Source of the DNA: Mizuhopecten yessoensis
Lineage: Eukaryota
NCBI RefSeq assembly: GCF_002113885.1
Contig: NW_018408852.1
Span: 1,212,576-1,276,575 of the forward strand
Length of the DNA stretch: 64,000 nt
Direction: 5' to 3'
This document shows positions 13,641-26,291 of the stretch, piece by piece. Numbering within the stretch: the stretch's first letter is position 1; every line of letters begins with the position of its first letter. The notes under the pieces are model-generated. The model ran no database searches and was not told where the DNA came from. It was given only the letters and a program-made list of their open reading frames with translations. The position numbers and the translations under genes were made by a program.

Positions 13641-14139
13641 AATTTTCCCTATTTATATCAATTGTTTGGTTGAAGTACTATTTTCTTGACACTTCAATAT
13701 ACCCTTGTTCACACCAACATATCTTTGACACTTACAGACACCTAATGAACAATGCTACAAAACACTACTTACAGAAACATTGTTCCTAATCTTACATACA
13801 CTTAATGAAAACTTGCAGACATTTGAAGCCTGCCACTATCAACTATAAACATTGTTTTTTTTATGTATATTTGCATGTTGACCATCAGTTTCCCTAATGG
13901 ATGAATGTGACCGTAAATTGATCACTGCTTTGCCTAGCAATGACTGCTGTCCGGCTTAATTACAGATTAACACCCAGGTTGACCCCTCCACACTAAATAA
14001 CACGCCGGCCTTACTCCATGTCTAACCGGATGATCAATCGATACGGGGCTCGTGGTTATTGCGGACGATGTAGGCGTTATAAAACCACGGTAACACCAAT
14101 TAATCATACCGGGTCATAGGTTCACTCTTCCAACAGTTA

Positions 14140-14615
14140 AATAAATAAATGGTATTCAACATTTGATATAGCGCCCTATCTAGCTAACCTAAGCCACTCT
14201 AAAGCACTTTACAGTAATTAATGCAATTAGCATAATCATACAATAAACAATTTGTTTTGAGGAATTCGCAGGAGCTGCCTTATCAGGCGCTAGCTACTAG
14301 TTCTGTGCCACCTAGCTAATATCTCCATATGCGTGTTCATGAATGCTTTCAAGTGTGCTGAAGATATATTGTGTTCTCTTTGTAGTGAGACCGTGCTTCC
14401 AACGGCATCTGTTATAGTGTCACCTCACTTGAATGGTACAGCATAGATGCCGCAACATCCACCCAGACCATTTTTATACTCCATCTTGGTTGTTGGAGTT
14501 GTGTTGGCAGGCGAAAAATACTTTCTCTGATATTCTATGCGTGCAACGACTTCACTTTGAGGATCGAACCCCGGCCACGTGCGTGGAAGGCCGAAGTGTT
14601 AACCACTCGACCAAT
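14140..14615 (-). mobile_element. Near full-length tRNA-derived SINE (Meta/Deu-type body, L2-like tail)
   Basis: Minus strand: A box TGGTCGAGTGG (14613-14603), B box GGTTCGATCC (14570-14561), central domain, tail TGTAAAGTGCTTTAGAG...GCGCTATATCAAATG and a (TTTA)n end. The 3' half recurs at 52745-52966. Confidence 0.8.
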
Positions 14616-15004
14616 CAGTCCATAAATTTCACAAACACCAAGTGTACACCAACGATACTGGTTCCGGGGTATATGTCGGGTGGTTTTTCTAAGGGTAGCA
14701 CAAATATTACTGAGTAATTGCGAACGATATTCACATAACACACACTTTACTCGTTATAACACTAATGATACTGATACCATATTTACTGCAGACGATTTAG
14801 GCATTATAGACACAGTATCCACGGAAAAACTAATCAAATAACGGGTTATAGTGAAAACTGTTCAAATGAAATAGCAGCTAAAATATAATCTACTGTAGAC
14901 AAACGTTGTACAATGCAATGAGTTTAATAGACACCTTTCCATGATGTTTCATGATTCATGAGGTTCTGTTTCTTAATTTATTTCCAGTGATAATCTACAG
15001 AAAC

Positions 15005-18000
15005 ACAACAGGGCGTGGAATCCTTGGTTTGGGTCTACCTAGGGTCGAGATCTCGGGTTGTTGTCTTCCTAAGGTAGCACACAAGGATGCGGGATCATGG
15101 GTTGATGTCTATCTAAGGTAACATCCAAGGATGCGGGATCATGGGTTGATGTCTACCTAAGGTAACATTCAAGGATGCGGGATCATTGGTTGATGTCTAC
15201 CTAAGGTAACATCCAAGGGTGCGGGATCTTAGGTTGATGTCTACCTAAGGTAACATCCAAGGGTGCGGGATCATGGGTTGATGTCTACTTAAGGTAACAT
15301 CCAAGGGTTAGGGATCATGGGTTGATGTTTACCTAAGGTAACAATCAAGAGTGCGGGATCATGGGTTGATGTCTACCTAAGGTAAAATTCAAGGGTGCGG
15401 GATCATGGGTTGATGTCTACCTCAGGTAACATTCAAGGATGCGGGATCATGGGTTGATGTCTACCTAAGGTAACATCCAAGGGTTAGGGATCCTGGGTTG
15501 ATGTCTACCTAAGGTAACATCCAAGGGTGCGGGATCCTGGGTTGATGTCTACCTAAGGTAACACCCGAGGATGCGGGATCATGGGTTGATGTCTACCTAA
15601 GGTAACATTCAAGGATGCGGAATCATGGGTTGATGTCTCTCTAAGGTAACACCCAAGGGTGCGGGATCCTGGGTTGATGTCTACCCAAAGTAACATCCAA
15701 GGATGCGGGATCTTGGGTTGATGTCTACCTAAGGTATCATCCAAGGATGCGGAATCATGGGTTGATGTCTACCTAAGGTAACACCCAAGGGTGCGGTATC
15801 ATGGGTTGATGTCTACATAAGGTAACATCCAAGGATGCGGAATCATGGGTTGATGTCTACCTAAGATAACATCCAAGGATGCGGAATCATGGGTTGATGT
15901 CTACCTAAGGTAACATTCAAGGATGCGGAATCATGAGTTGATGTCTCTCTAAGGTAACATCCAAGGATGCGGTATCATGGGTTGATGTCTACCCAAAGTA
16001 ACATCCAAGGGTGCGGGATCATGGGTTGATGTCTACCTAAGGAAACATTCAAGGATGAGGAATCATGAGTTGATGTCTCTCTAAGGTAACATCCAAGGAT
16101 GCGGTATCATGGGTTGATGTCTCTCTAAGGTAACACCCAAGGGTCCGGGATCCTGGGTTGATGTCTACCCAAAGTAACATCCAAGGTGCAGGATCATGGG
16201 TTGATGTCTACCAAAGGTAACATCCAAGGACGCGGAATCATGGGTTGATGTCTACCTTAGGTAACATTCAAGGATGCGGAATCATTGGTTGATGTCTTAC
16301 TAAGGTAGCATCCAAGGGTGCGGGATCATGGGTTGATATCTACCCAAAGTAACATCCAAGGGTGCGGAATCATGGGTTGATGTCTATCTAAGGTAACATC
16401 CAAGGGTGCGGGATCATGGGTTGATGTCTACCTAAGGTGAAATCCGTAGCATCCAAGGGTGCGGGCTCATGGGTTGATATCTACCCAAAGTAACATCCAA
16501 GGGTGCGGAATCATGGGTTGATGTCTACCTAAGGTAACATTCAAGGATGCGGTATCATGGGTTGATGTCTCTCTAAGGTAACATCCAAGGGTTAGGGATC
16601 ATGGGTTGATGTCTACCTAAGGTGAAATCCGTAGCATCCAAGGGTGCGGGCTCATGGGTTGATATCTACCCAAAGTAACATCCAAGGGTGCGGAATCATG
16701 GGTTGATGTCTACCTAAGGTAACACCCAAGGGTGCGGGATCATAGGTTGATGTCTACCTAAGGTAACATCCAAGGGTGCGGGATCAAGGGTTGATGTCTA
16801 CCTAAGGTAACATCCAATGATGCGGTATCATTGGTTGATGTCTATATAAGGTAACATCCAATGATGCGGTATCATTGGTTGATGTCTACATAAGGTAACA
16901 CCCAGGGGTGCGGTATCATTGGTTGATGTCTACATAAGGTAACTCCCAAGGGTGCGCTATCATTGGTTGATGTCTATAAAAGGTAACATCAAAGGATGCG
17001 GGATCATTGGTTGATGTCTTCCTAAGGTAACACCCAAGGGTGCAGGATCATAGGTTGATGTCTACCTAAGGTAACACCCAAGGGCGCGGGATCATAGGTT
17101 GAAGTCTACCTAAGGTAACATCCAAGGATGCGGTATCACATCCAAGGATGTGGTATCATTGGTTGATGTCTACATAAGGTAACTCCCAAGGGTGCGCTAT
17201 CATTGGTTGATGTCTATAAAAGGTAACATCCAAGGATGCGGGATCATTGGTTGATGTCTCCATAAGGTAACATCCAAGGATGCGGTATCATGGGTTGATG
17301 TCTCTCTAAGGTAACATCCAAGGGTTAGGGATCCTGGGTTGATGTCTACCTAAGGTAACATACAAGGATGCGGTATCATTGGTTGATGTCTACATAATGT
17401 AACAACCAAGGGTGCGGTACCATTGGTTGATGTCTATAAAAGGTAACATCAAAGGATGCGGGATCATTGGTTGATGTCTCCATAAGGTAACATCCAAGGA
17501 TGCGGGATCATGGGTTGATGTCTACCTAAGGTAACACCCAAGGGTGCGGTATCATTGGTTGATGTCTATAAAAGGTAACATCAAAGGATGCGGGATCATT
17601 GGTTGATGTCTACATAAGGTAACATCCAAGGATGCGGGATCATTGGTTGATGTCTACCTAAGGTAACATCCAAGGGTTAGGGATCCTGGGTTGATGTCTA
17701 CCTAAGGTAACATCCAACGGTGCGGGAGCATGGGTTGATGTCTACCTAAGGTGAAATCCACGGGTTAGGGATCATGGGTTGAAGTCTACCTAAGGTAACA
17801 TCCAAGGATGCGGAATCATGGGTTGATGTCTACCTAAGGCAACACACAAGGATGCGGGATCATGGGGTGATGTCTACCTAAGGGAACATCCAAGGGTGCG
17901 GGATCATGGGTTGATGTCTACCTAAGGTAACATTCAAGGATGCGGGATCATGGGTTGATGTCTACCTAAGGTAACATCCAACGGTGCGGGATCATGGGTT

Positions 18001-20600
18001 GATGTCTACCTAAGGTGAAATCCAAGGGTTAGGGATCATGGGTTGAAGTCTACCTGAGGTAACATCCAAGGTTGCGGAATCATGGGTTGATGTCTACCTA
18101 AGGTAACATCCAAGGATGCGGTATCATGGGTTGATGTCTACCTAAGGTAACATCCAAGGATACGGTAGCATTGGTTGATGTCTACATAAGGTAACACCCA
18201 AGAGTGCGGTATCATTGGTTGATGTCTATATAAGGTAACATCCAAGGATGCGGGATCATTGGTTGATGTCTACATAAGGTAACACCCAATGGTGCGGTAT
18301 CATTGGTTGATGTCTATATAAGGTAACATCTAAGGATGCGGGATCATTGGTTGATGTCTACATAAGGTAACATCCAATGATGCGGTATCATTGGTTGATG
18401 TCTACATAAGGTAACATCCAAGGATGCGGGATAATGGGTTGATGTCTACCTAAGGTAAAATCCCAAGGATGCGGGATCATGGGTTGATGTCTTCCTAAGG
18501 TAAATTCCAAGGATGCGGGATCATGGGTTGAAGTCTTCCTAAGGTAACATCCAAGGATGCGGGATCATGGGTTGATGTCTACCTAAGGTAACATCCAAGG
18601 ATGCAGGATCATGGGTTGATGTCTACCTAAGGTAAAATCCAAGGATGCGGGATCATGGGTTGAAGTCTACCTAAGGTAACATCCAAGGATGCGGTATCAT
18701 GGGTTGATGTCTACCTAAGGTAACATCAAAGGTTTAGGGATCATGAGTTCATGTCTAACTAAGGTAACATCCCAGGGTTAGGGATCATGGGTTGATGTCG
18801 ACCTAAGGTAACATCCAAGGATGCTGGATCATGGGTTGATGTCTACATAAGGTAACATCCAAGGGTGCGGGATCATGGGTTGATGTCTACCTAAGGTAAC
18901 ATCCAAGGGTGCAGGATCATGGGTTGATGTCTACCTAAGGTGAAATCCAAGGGTTAGGGATCATGGGTTGAAGTCTACCTAAGGTAACATCCAAGGATGC
19001 GGAATCATGGGTTGATGTCTACCTAAGGTAACATCCAAGGATGCGGTATCATGGGTTGATGTCTACCTAAGGTAACATCCAAGGATGCGGTATCATTGGT
19101 TGATGTCTACATAAGGTAACACCCAAGGGTGCGGTATCATTGGTTGATGTCTATATAAGGTAACATCCAAGGATGCGGGATCATTGGTTGATGTCTACAT
19201 AAGGTAACATCCAAGGATGTGGTATCATTGGTTGATGTCTACATAAGATAACATCCAAGGATGCGGGATCATTGGTTGATGTCTACCTAAGGTAACATCC
19301 AAGGATGCGGGATCAAGGGTTGATGTCTTCCTAAGGTAACATCCAAGGGTGCGGGATCATGGGTTGATGTCTACATAAGGTAACACCCAAGGGTGCGGTA
19401 TCATTGGTTGATGTCTATATAAGGTAACATCCAAGGATGCGGGATAATGGGTTGATGTCTACCTAAGGTAACATCAAAGGTTTAGGGATCATGAGTTCAT
19501 GTCTAACTAAGATAACATCCAAGGGTTAGGGATCATGGGTTTAAGTCGACCTAAGGTAACATCCAAGGCTGCTGGATCATGGGTTGATGTCTACCCTAGG
19601 TAACATCCCAGGGTGCGGGATCATGGGTTGATGTGTACCTAAGGTAACATTCAAGGATGCGGGATCATGGGTTGATGACTACCTAAGGTAACATCCAAGG
19701 ACGCGGAATCATGGGTTGATGTCTACCTAAGGTAACATCCAAGGATGCTGGATCATGGGTTGATGTCTACCCTAGGTAACATCCAAGGGTGCGGGATCAT
19801 GGGTTGATGTCTACCTAAGGTAACATCCAACGGTGCGGGACCATGGGTTGATGTCTACCTAAGTTGAAATCCAAGGGTTAGGGATCATGGGTTGAAGTCT
19901 ACCTAAAGTAACATCCAAGGATGCGGAATCATGGGTTGATGTCTACCTAAGGTAACACACAAGGATGCGGGATCATGGGTTGATGTTTACCTAAGGGAAA
20001 ATCCAAGGATGCGGGATCATGGGTTGATGTTTACCTAAGGGAAAATCCAAGGATGCGGGATCATGGGTTGATGTCTACGTAACATCCAAGGATGCGGAAT
20101 CATTGGTTGATGTCTATATAAGGTAACATCCAAGGATGCGGGATCATTAGTTGATGTCTACATAAGGTAACACCCAACGGTGCGGTATCATTGGTTGATG
20201 TCTATATAAGGTAACATCCAAGGATGCTGGATCATTGGTTGATGTCTACATAATGTAACATCCAAGGATGCGGGATCATTGGTTGATGTCTATCTAAGGT
20301 AACATCCAACTGATGTCTATATAAGGTAACATCCAAGGATGCTGGATCATTGGTTGATGTCTACATAATGTAACATCCAAGGATGCGGGATCATTGGTTG
20401 ATGTCTATCTAAGGTAACATCCAACTGATGTCTATATAAGGTAACATCCAAGGATGCGGGATCATGGGTTGATGTCTACCTAAGGTAGCACACAAGGATG
20501 CGGGATCATGGGTTGATGTCTATCTAAGGTAACATCCAACGATGCGGGATCATTGGTTGCTGTGTATATTCAGTAATACACAATGTTACGGGATTATGAG
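15005..20600. repeat. Satellite array, 44-bp unit, ~125 copies
   Basis: Unit AAGGTAACATCCAAGGATGCGGGATCATGGGTTGATGTCTACCT with a continuous 44-bp period and degenerate edge units. Confidence 0.99.
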
Positions 20601-21939
20601 TTACGCTGTTAGTGTTTACGTTATACACACAAGATAATACACTCAATGATCGGCGTAAATGGCATTTTATCAATTTGCTATGAGAGGAAGCAACATAAAG
20701 CACACTGTAGTGGCTTAACCGGCATTCCAAAAAGAACGCAATCTTGAAGGGTATGTTTGCATTTCTAAGAAATATTCAATAATACGTCACCCTATCAACT
20801 GTATCATTACGTGGCCAACTGATGTTAAGAAAGGTGGTCAAGGGGTGAGTGACAATGTGCTCTCATAAGATTAGTGTGGGTTTGGTGAGGGAATGGATGT
20901 GATTTGTTCTAACAAGCGGAAAATGCATCCAAATATTTCATTAATATTATAACACATATTTATATAACTATCGTCAATTCTACTGTGAGTTTTCTTTTTC
21001 CAATATATTTTAAATGCACAGATTTTCTGCCATATACTTCACGCATTCTTAGACTTTATATCAGTACCGTGTCAAATTTACCTAATCGGTATCACGTGGT
21101 TGAGTTTGGCTTATGCATTATACATACGCACTAGTAAGTACATCGCTGGCCGTTCATAACTCGTTTCATTGAAGAAGTCTTTCCAAGATAATGGTTAGAT
21201 TCTACGAATATGCTCACTAGCCCTGCACTCTGTTTGGAACGTAAGCGACTTGACAATCATCACATGTGTCTTATAAAACTAATACAAAAGCATTAGTCTT
21301 ACCATAAATCATATACATAGCATAGGTAAAATATACAAAGTATAGAATTGTATGCAAAATAAATTACGCCAATCTATAGCAATTGGAACAATTTCGAAAG
21401 TTTTAAAATGATATTTCAAATTCCAAAATACGTATCGAGAACGTTTTTTGGTAGCTTACAAAGACTGCCGTTGGTTGTTCATTTTCAGGAAACGTTTCGA
21501 TTTTAAGTAATTTGTAATTGAATATACAACTTAAAATTCGAAATCAGCTTATAGGCGTTTTCAAACCAAGCTAATACATTTACACAAAATGGTAACAATA
21601 CCATTTAAACTGCTTTTCATTACTCTTTTCAAGACCCACCAAAATATTGTGTTTGTTTCTGGCATGTTGTCTTTGAAGTCATCTTAAAATGTCGCTGAAA
21701 ATAACATTATTTGGTTGAACTACTAATAAATAACTGTTGTTATACCATCAGGGCAAAAGATACACGATTATTTTAAGTATTATTAGAAATATTTGCTGGC
21801 TGTGTACCAATTAGGGTAGCGTAACAATAGTGGTAGCGTGACGTGAATAATGTAACATAAACAAAGTAATTGTATACGGTATCATACAAAGCATAGAACA
21901 TCAAAAGGGGCGAGGTTTACAGAACTTAACAACCCGGTG

Positions 21940-22005
21940 CGTTTGAAAACCGGGGTGAAACGATATACCCTACGGGAAGGCAATACTGACACATGATACC
22001 ACCTA
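21940..22005 (-). mobile_element. Short remnant of a Penelope-associated dispersed repeat
   Basis: AAAACCGGGGTGAAAC...TACGGGAAGGGCAA resembles the reverse complement of the CTTACCCTTCCnGAnCACCTG motif also present at 22490. Confidence 0.35.
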
Positions 22006-22484
22006 GCGCCATATTCCCGATTTAGACAGCATGGCCAAAAAAGTATTATCTAGGCCAATCAATGATCACCATCGACATGCCTACAAACTCAAACGGCCAA
22101 ATATGACCTAAACAATTTTACAACAAACTAATTAGTTGATACAACGGCAAATTTCCTTGACAATTCTTGCTGATTTCGCCAGATTCCTTTACAATTCCTG
22201 CAAATTTCCGCTTCAGTGGTTTACAAAGGATGTAAGATGGCACCAATAAGGGGAGATAACTCTATAGTCGAAAGTCTACCAGACTAAGGGAAATCACTCA
22301 AATGCTAAAATCATGTAATTTATCAGTAACGCAGGTATTAATTAAGTCTTCATTGTGTTAATTTAAATTATTACTAGAAATAACGTTTAATATCATAAAC
22401 AAAGTACAGTTTGTATAGTATCACATAAAATAACATTAGATGTTTTTAAGATCATATATAATCATAAACAAGTTGTCTAACATC

Positions 22485-22630
22485 CTAGCAAAAGACGCTT
22501 ACCCTTCCTGAACACCTGGTCTTCTCCTTCTTGAACTTAATTAAGGGAATTCGTATAAACCCTTCCTTTTTCACATTTCGCCCATTTTTTATCGATTTTG
22601 AACTCGATTTATTGTTTCATTGACACTTCA
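22485..22630 (+). mobile_element. Remnant of a Penelope-associated dispersed repeat (3' region)
   Basis: AGACGCTTACCCTTCCTGAACACCTGGTC, similar to the sequence downstream of the RT fragment (13570-13600). Confidence 0.4.
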
Positions 22631-23414
22631 GTATGCCATAAATTTATCAAAACAAAGTATTGATATTGATAACATAGCACATGAGATGATGTACAAAGTA
22701 AGCTGAGGCTACTACTGAATGCTTTTACCATAAACATTCCAAAAGTGTTTTATTTCCTTACATAAATGTGGATAAATCCTGTAACAATAGGGAATAAACA
22801 CAATGACGTTGTGGTATATACCATCTTAGTCTCTATAACCCTAACACTCAAGTGTTTGATTTGCACATTGTAGCAATGTATTCTGTATACCAAATGCACT
22901 GCGATACCAAAACTTCATGGAGCTCATTATCTGTACTTCTTAAAAGTGCCCATGTGCCCATACATAACTAACAAAAAAATATTATTCGACATACATTGTA
23001 TTGATAAAAGAACATTGTTTACAATGAGAAAGGGACAGTAATGGATTCAGAACGTAGTTAACGATAAGAGAATAATTATTAAGATAAGATCAGGATCATT
23101 AGTGAGTGGAGGATTTAATGCGCTTCATATATAAAGTAGTGTACACTATTTTCCCTTATCTTGTTTACAAAAACACGAAAGGAATAATAATTAAAAGTAT
23201 AACCTAACAAAGAACCAGAGGTGAAGCTAGTTTCAGTGTACTTGGGATTTACAGAATCAACAAGTTTGATCATATAGGAAACAACATCCGATACGGCTGT
23301 TCAAAATGCTGTGGTGATTAAATTCGTTTGAAAAATAAAATATTTAAAGAACAAGCAACGTAACAGGTACTCGGTACAAGTTACAGTAATTAACAACCAC
23401 GCACTCTGACGCCA

Positions 23415-23563
23415 TGTTTAGTTCCGTTCTATTCGCGTTTCGTTCCAAACAGTAAAATTATTTTCGTTCCGTTCCGTTTAGGCCTTGTTTCATTCCGTTT
23501 TCGTTCCGTTTTAATTGCGTTTTTATTCCATTCCGTTTGTCAACTGAAACGCTGACACCCCTG
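23415..23563. mobile_element. One end of a hAT-like DNA transposon/MITE
   Basis: Terminus GACACCCCTG (= CAGGGGTGTC) preceded by many TTCCGTT/TTCGTT subterminal repeats; no partner end seen. Confidence 0.55.
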
Positions 23564-23860
23564 TTTATACATGATATTCCATGCATGATGATAGTATTAA
23601 CTGGCACAGTACCGAATACCGTTGATATTGAAGCAAACATATTGGGATGTTTGATGATGCAGGTGTCAAAAGTTTTGATATTTCATGAAAAAGTAAAAGG
23701 CATTTTGTTAACGGTACAGTCTGGACTATACATACGCGTTATATTTAGGAGAATCAGTTTTGTTCACGCAACAGCAGACTGGCCCTCTCCGACAAAACTG
23801 TAGTAAGTATAAAATAGATTATTTCAATTCGACCTTAAGAGGGTTTTGAAAGTGATTTAA

Positions 23861-23917
23861 TGGTTTGATTTTGTTTAACGTCCTATTAACAGATAAATTC
23901 AGTTAAGGACGTTGGAG
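23861..23917 (-). mobile_element. 3' tail fragment of the V-type SINE
   Basis: Reverse complement CTGTTAATAGGACGTTAAACAAAATCAAACCA matches the tail at 2183-2220. Confidence 0.7.
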
Positions 23918-24950
23918 GGTTTTGAAAGAATCTAAATGAGGCAAAGGATGGCCCATCGAATTTCTGCTGGAAAGAGGAATAGAGGTTGTGAAATGTTAAT
24001 TTATGAGTGAAATATAAAAGGAGAACTCGCATAGCATGTAGCTTATTAAGCGGTAAAATAAGGTAATTCATATCATTTAGTGTTTGATAGCTGCATCTCC
24101 TTTATAAGAATCATTCCTGTTTTGTCCCTCAGTGTAATATGTGTGAGAGATAACGTTATTATACATATTGTTTCCGCTAAAATAATGTTCACTCCGTGTC
24201 AATAACGCCATGGAAGTTTTGGTAATATGGTAAAATACTGCGGATCGACTGATATAAAAAGAAATCCTGTAATTCTATTACAAGATGGAAATACAAAGAA
24301 ACACTTAAACCCTTTTACAATTTTGATTCTTAAAACAACTTCTCAGAAAAGAGTTAAAACCATAAAATAAATAAAACGAATCGATGCGTACTGGAGTTGT
24401 GTGTACGTGCTATCTGTATATCAGGGTGATTTCCTGATCAATTTACGCCGTGCATTTCGACATGTGAACTAAAGAGTTTCGGAAAAATAAGTAAATATGG
24501 GTGGTTAATTACCTGGAAAAATAATACTGTTGAAGCACAATGTCAAGATAAACAAAGACCAACGTGAAAAGATACATATATGATATCAAAACGATTGCCT
24601 GTTTTTGGTAAACCCCAAGGAATAGTTCAGTGATGAATGATAGTAGCTTAGTTAAATGAACACAAATGCTGGCGAGGATCAGATATCTCGAGACTGGAGT
24701 ATTCGTATATATGGTTTTAGGTACATGTACATGTACGTGACGTTTTTCCAAATGTTTTTGAAATGGTGTCAAAGTGGCACTAATCCCACTTAAAATATTT
24801 ATTTCAATTTGTAAAACCTATCAGCTCTCCCCTACTTGTCAACATACCAAGGAGGTGTTACACATACCGTATTGTGTACTCAGGTTATGGATGTGTATAT
24901 AGATCGGGAAACCCCTTTCGTTGTGACGGACATATAGCCCGCGATTTATC

Positions 24951-25193
24951 TATAAAAGACACCCGAACAACGATCGTACCTGCATTACTGAATCGGCCGT
25001 TCGGGAAGACGCAGGGCTAGGGCGCATTCGATGCTATCGATAATAGGAAGGTTGAGTACGCCAACACTTGTGGTAGCAGTGGAAAATATACCGACACAGA
25101 GAAGACCTACTGCAGCAACTAATGCACGTGCGGATGTATCATCTATTTCACTTCTAGTTGGAATCCGGCATGTGATACACCCTGAAATCCTCG
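24951..25193 (+). promoter_or_regulatory. Candidate TATA promoter and non-coding first exon
   Basis: TATAAAAG at 24951, initiator-like GCATT ~30 bp downstream, GC/CpG-enriched non-repetitive block, donor TCG|GTAAGA at 25193/25194. Confidence 0.5.
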
Positions 25194-25555
25194 GTAAGAC
25201 CGTCTTACCATTTTATTGGATGGAATTGTTCCAACTATTTTGTGTGTATTTGCGGTTGTTAGTATTTGTTTCTAGAGTTTGACAGGCGCATCTGGTTAAT
25301 AACCTTATGGCGTGTATCATTGATCCTTTAAGGGATAAACGATACAGTATACGACAACCGTTCCGCTGTCCGGATACATTTTAAGACGAAGGACTGTAGA
25401 TTTCATTAAGAGCGGATTCATGTCTGCAATAGAAGTTGCAAACGCGAATCAAATTTATGTTTACAATTTACATTTTAAAACTTTGTACTTGTTCAGATGA
25501 TGATCTGGTTTATATTTTCTAACAAGACAAATTGATAATCTTCTAATTGTTCTGC

Positions 25556-26036
25556 GGAATAAATAGAGGTTCCCAAACAACTGATGGTTGGTTATCATGT
25601 TTATCTAACTCGAGTTAGTTAATTTTCAAATTGTATAAAGACACGAGGTTTACCGAGTGTCTTTTACGATTTTAAAATTAACTAACGAAAGTTCGATAAA
25701 CATGATAACCTACCATCACGAGTTTTGGGACCTTTTTCTCCCATACTGTTAATATTTAATATCAATAGTTAATATCTGGAAAGCCATATGTTTCACTTGA
25801 AAATATTTCACTATGTCGGCTTCCGATGGGGGGAAACAATTGCCGTGAACCATGACGTCACAATGGAAGATGACGTCGCAAAGCATTGTTATGTGACGTC
25901 ATAAGTAAAAAAAAATACCAATGAATTCACATTCAAGGTGTTACCCACTAAAGGGTAACCAAAAATGTTGACCAACGGCTAATAGATTTGTTCAATGACT
26001 CGGGAGTGAGGAAACATATAGTGGCTGTGGGAGAAA
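25556..26036 (+). mobile_element. Palindromic non-autonomous element (Crypton-like), family A copy 1
   Basis: ~180-bp imperfect palindrome centred on AAAGACACGAGGTTTACCGAGTGTCTTT, followed by TTTCTCCCATAC ... TGTGGGAGAAA inverted repeats. An inverted homologue lies at 55714-56108. Confidence 0.8.
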
Positions 26037-26104
26037 CTTGAATCTGCTGTTGAAAGCTTAAAGCTTAAACTGTGACAATATATTGATGCTATAACCAGCC
26101 ATAC

Positions 26105-26291
26105 TATTCCGTCTTTGCGTATTGCAGAGTTATCTGCTCTTGTGAGCAGGTATTGATTGTTACGTCATTTGTTTGTGAGAGTAACGTCATCATTTATTGA
26201 GAAAACGACGTAATTTTCTCACAACAACCAATGACGTAACAACCAATACCTGCTCACAGATGATAACTCTACAATACCCAAAGACGGAATA
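26105..26291. mobile_element. Foldback MITE, copy 2
   Basis: TATTCCGTCTTTGCGTATTGCAGAGTTATC ... GATAACTCTACAATACCCAAAGACGGAATA; same family as 9634-9806. Confidence 0.9.

Noticed and set aside
15005-20600. CRISPR array
   Set aside because: Head-to-tail repeats without unique spacers, no cas genes, animal context.
24980-25181. Minus-strand coding exon (CITCRIPTRSEIDD...)
   Set aside because: The frame stops before the donor, the acceptor tract is poor, and the + strand TATA/donor reading fits better.
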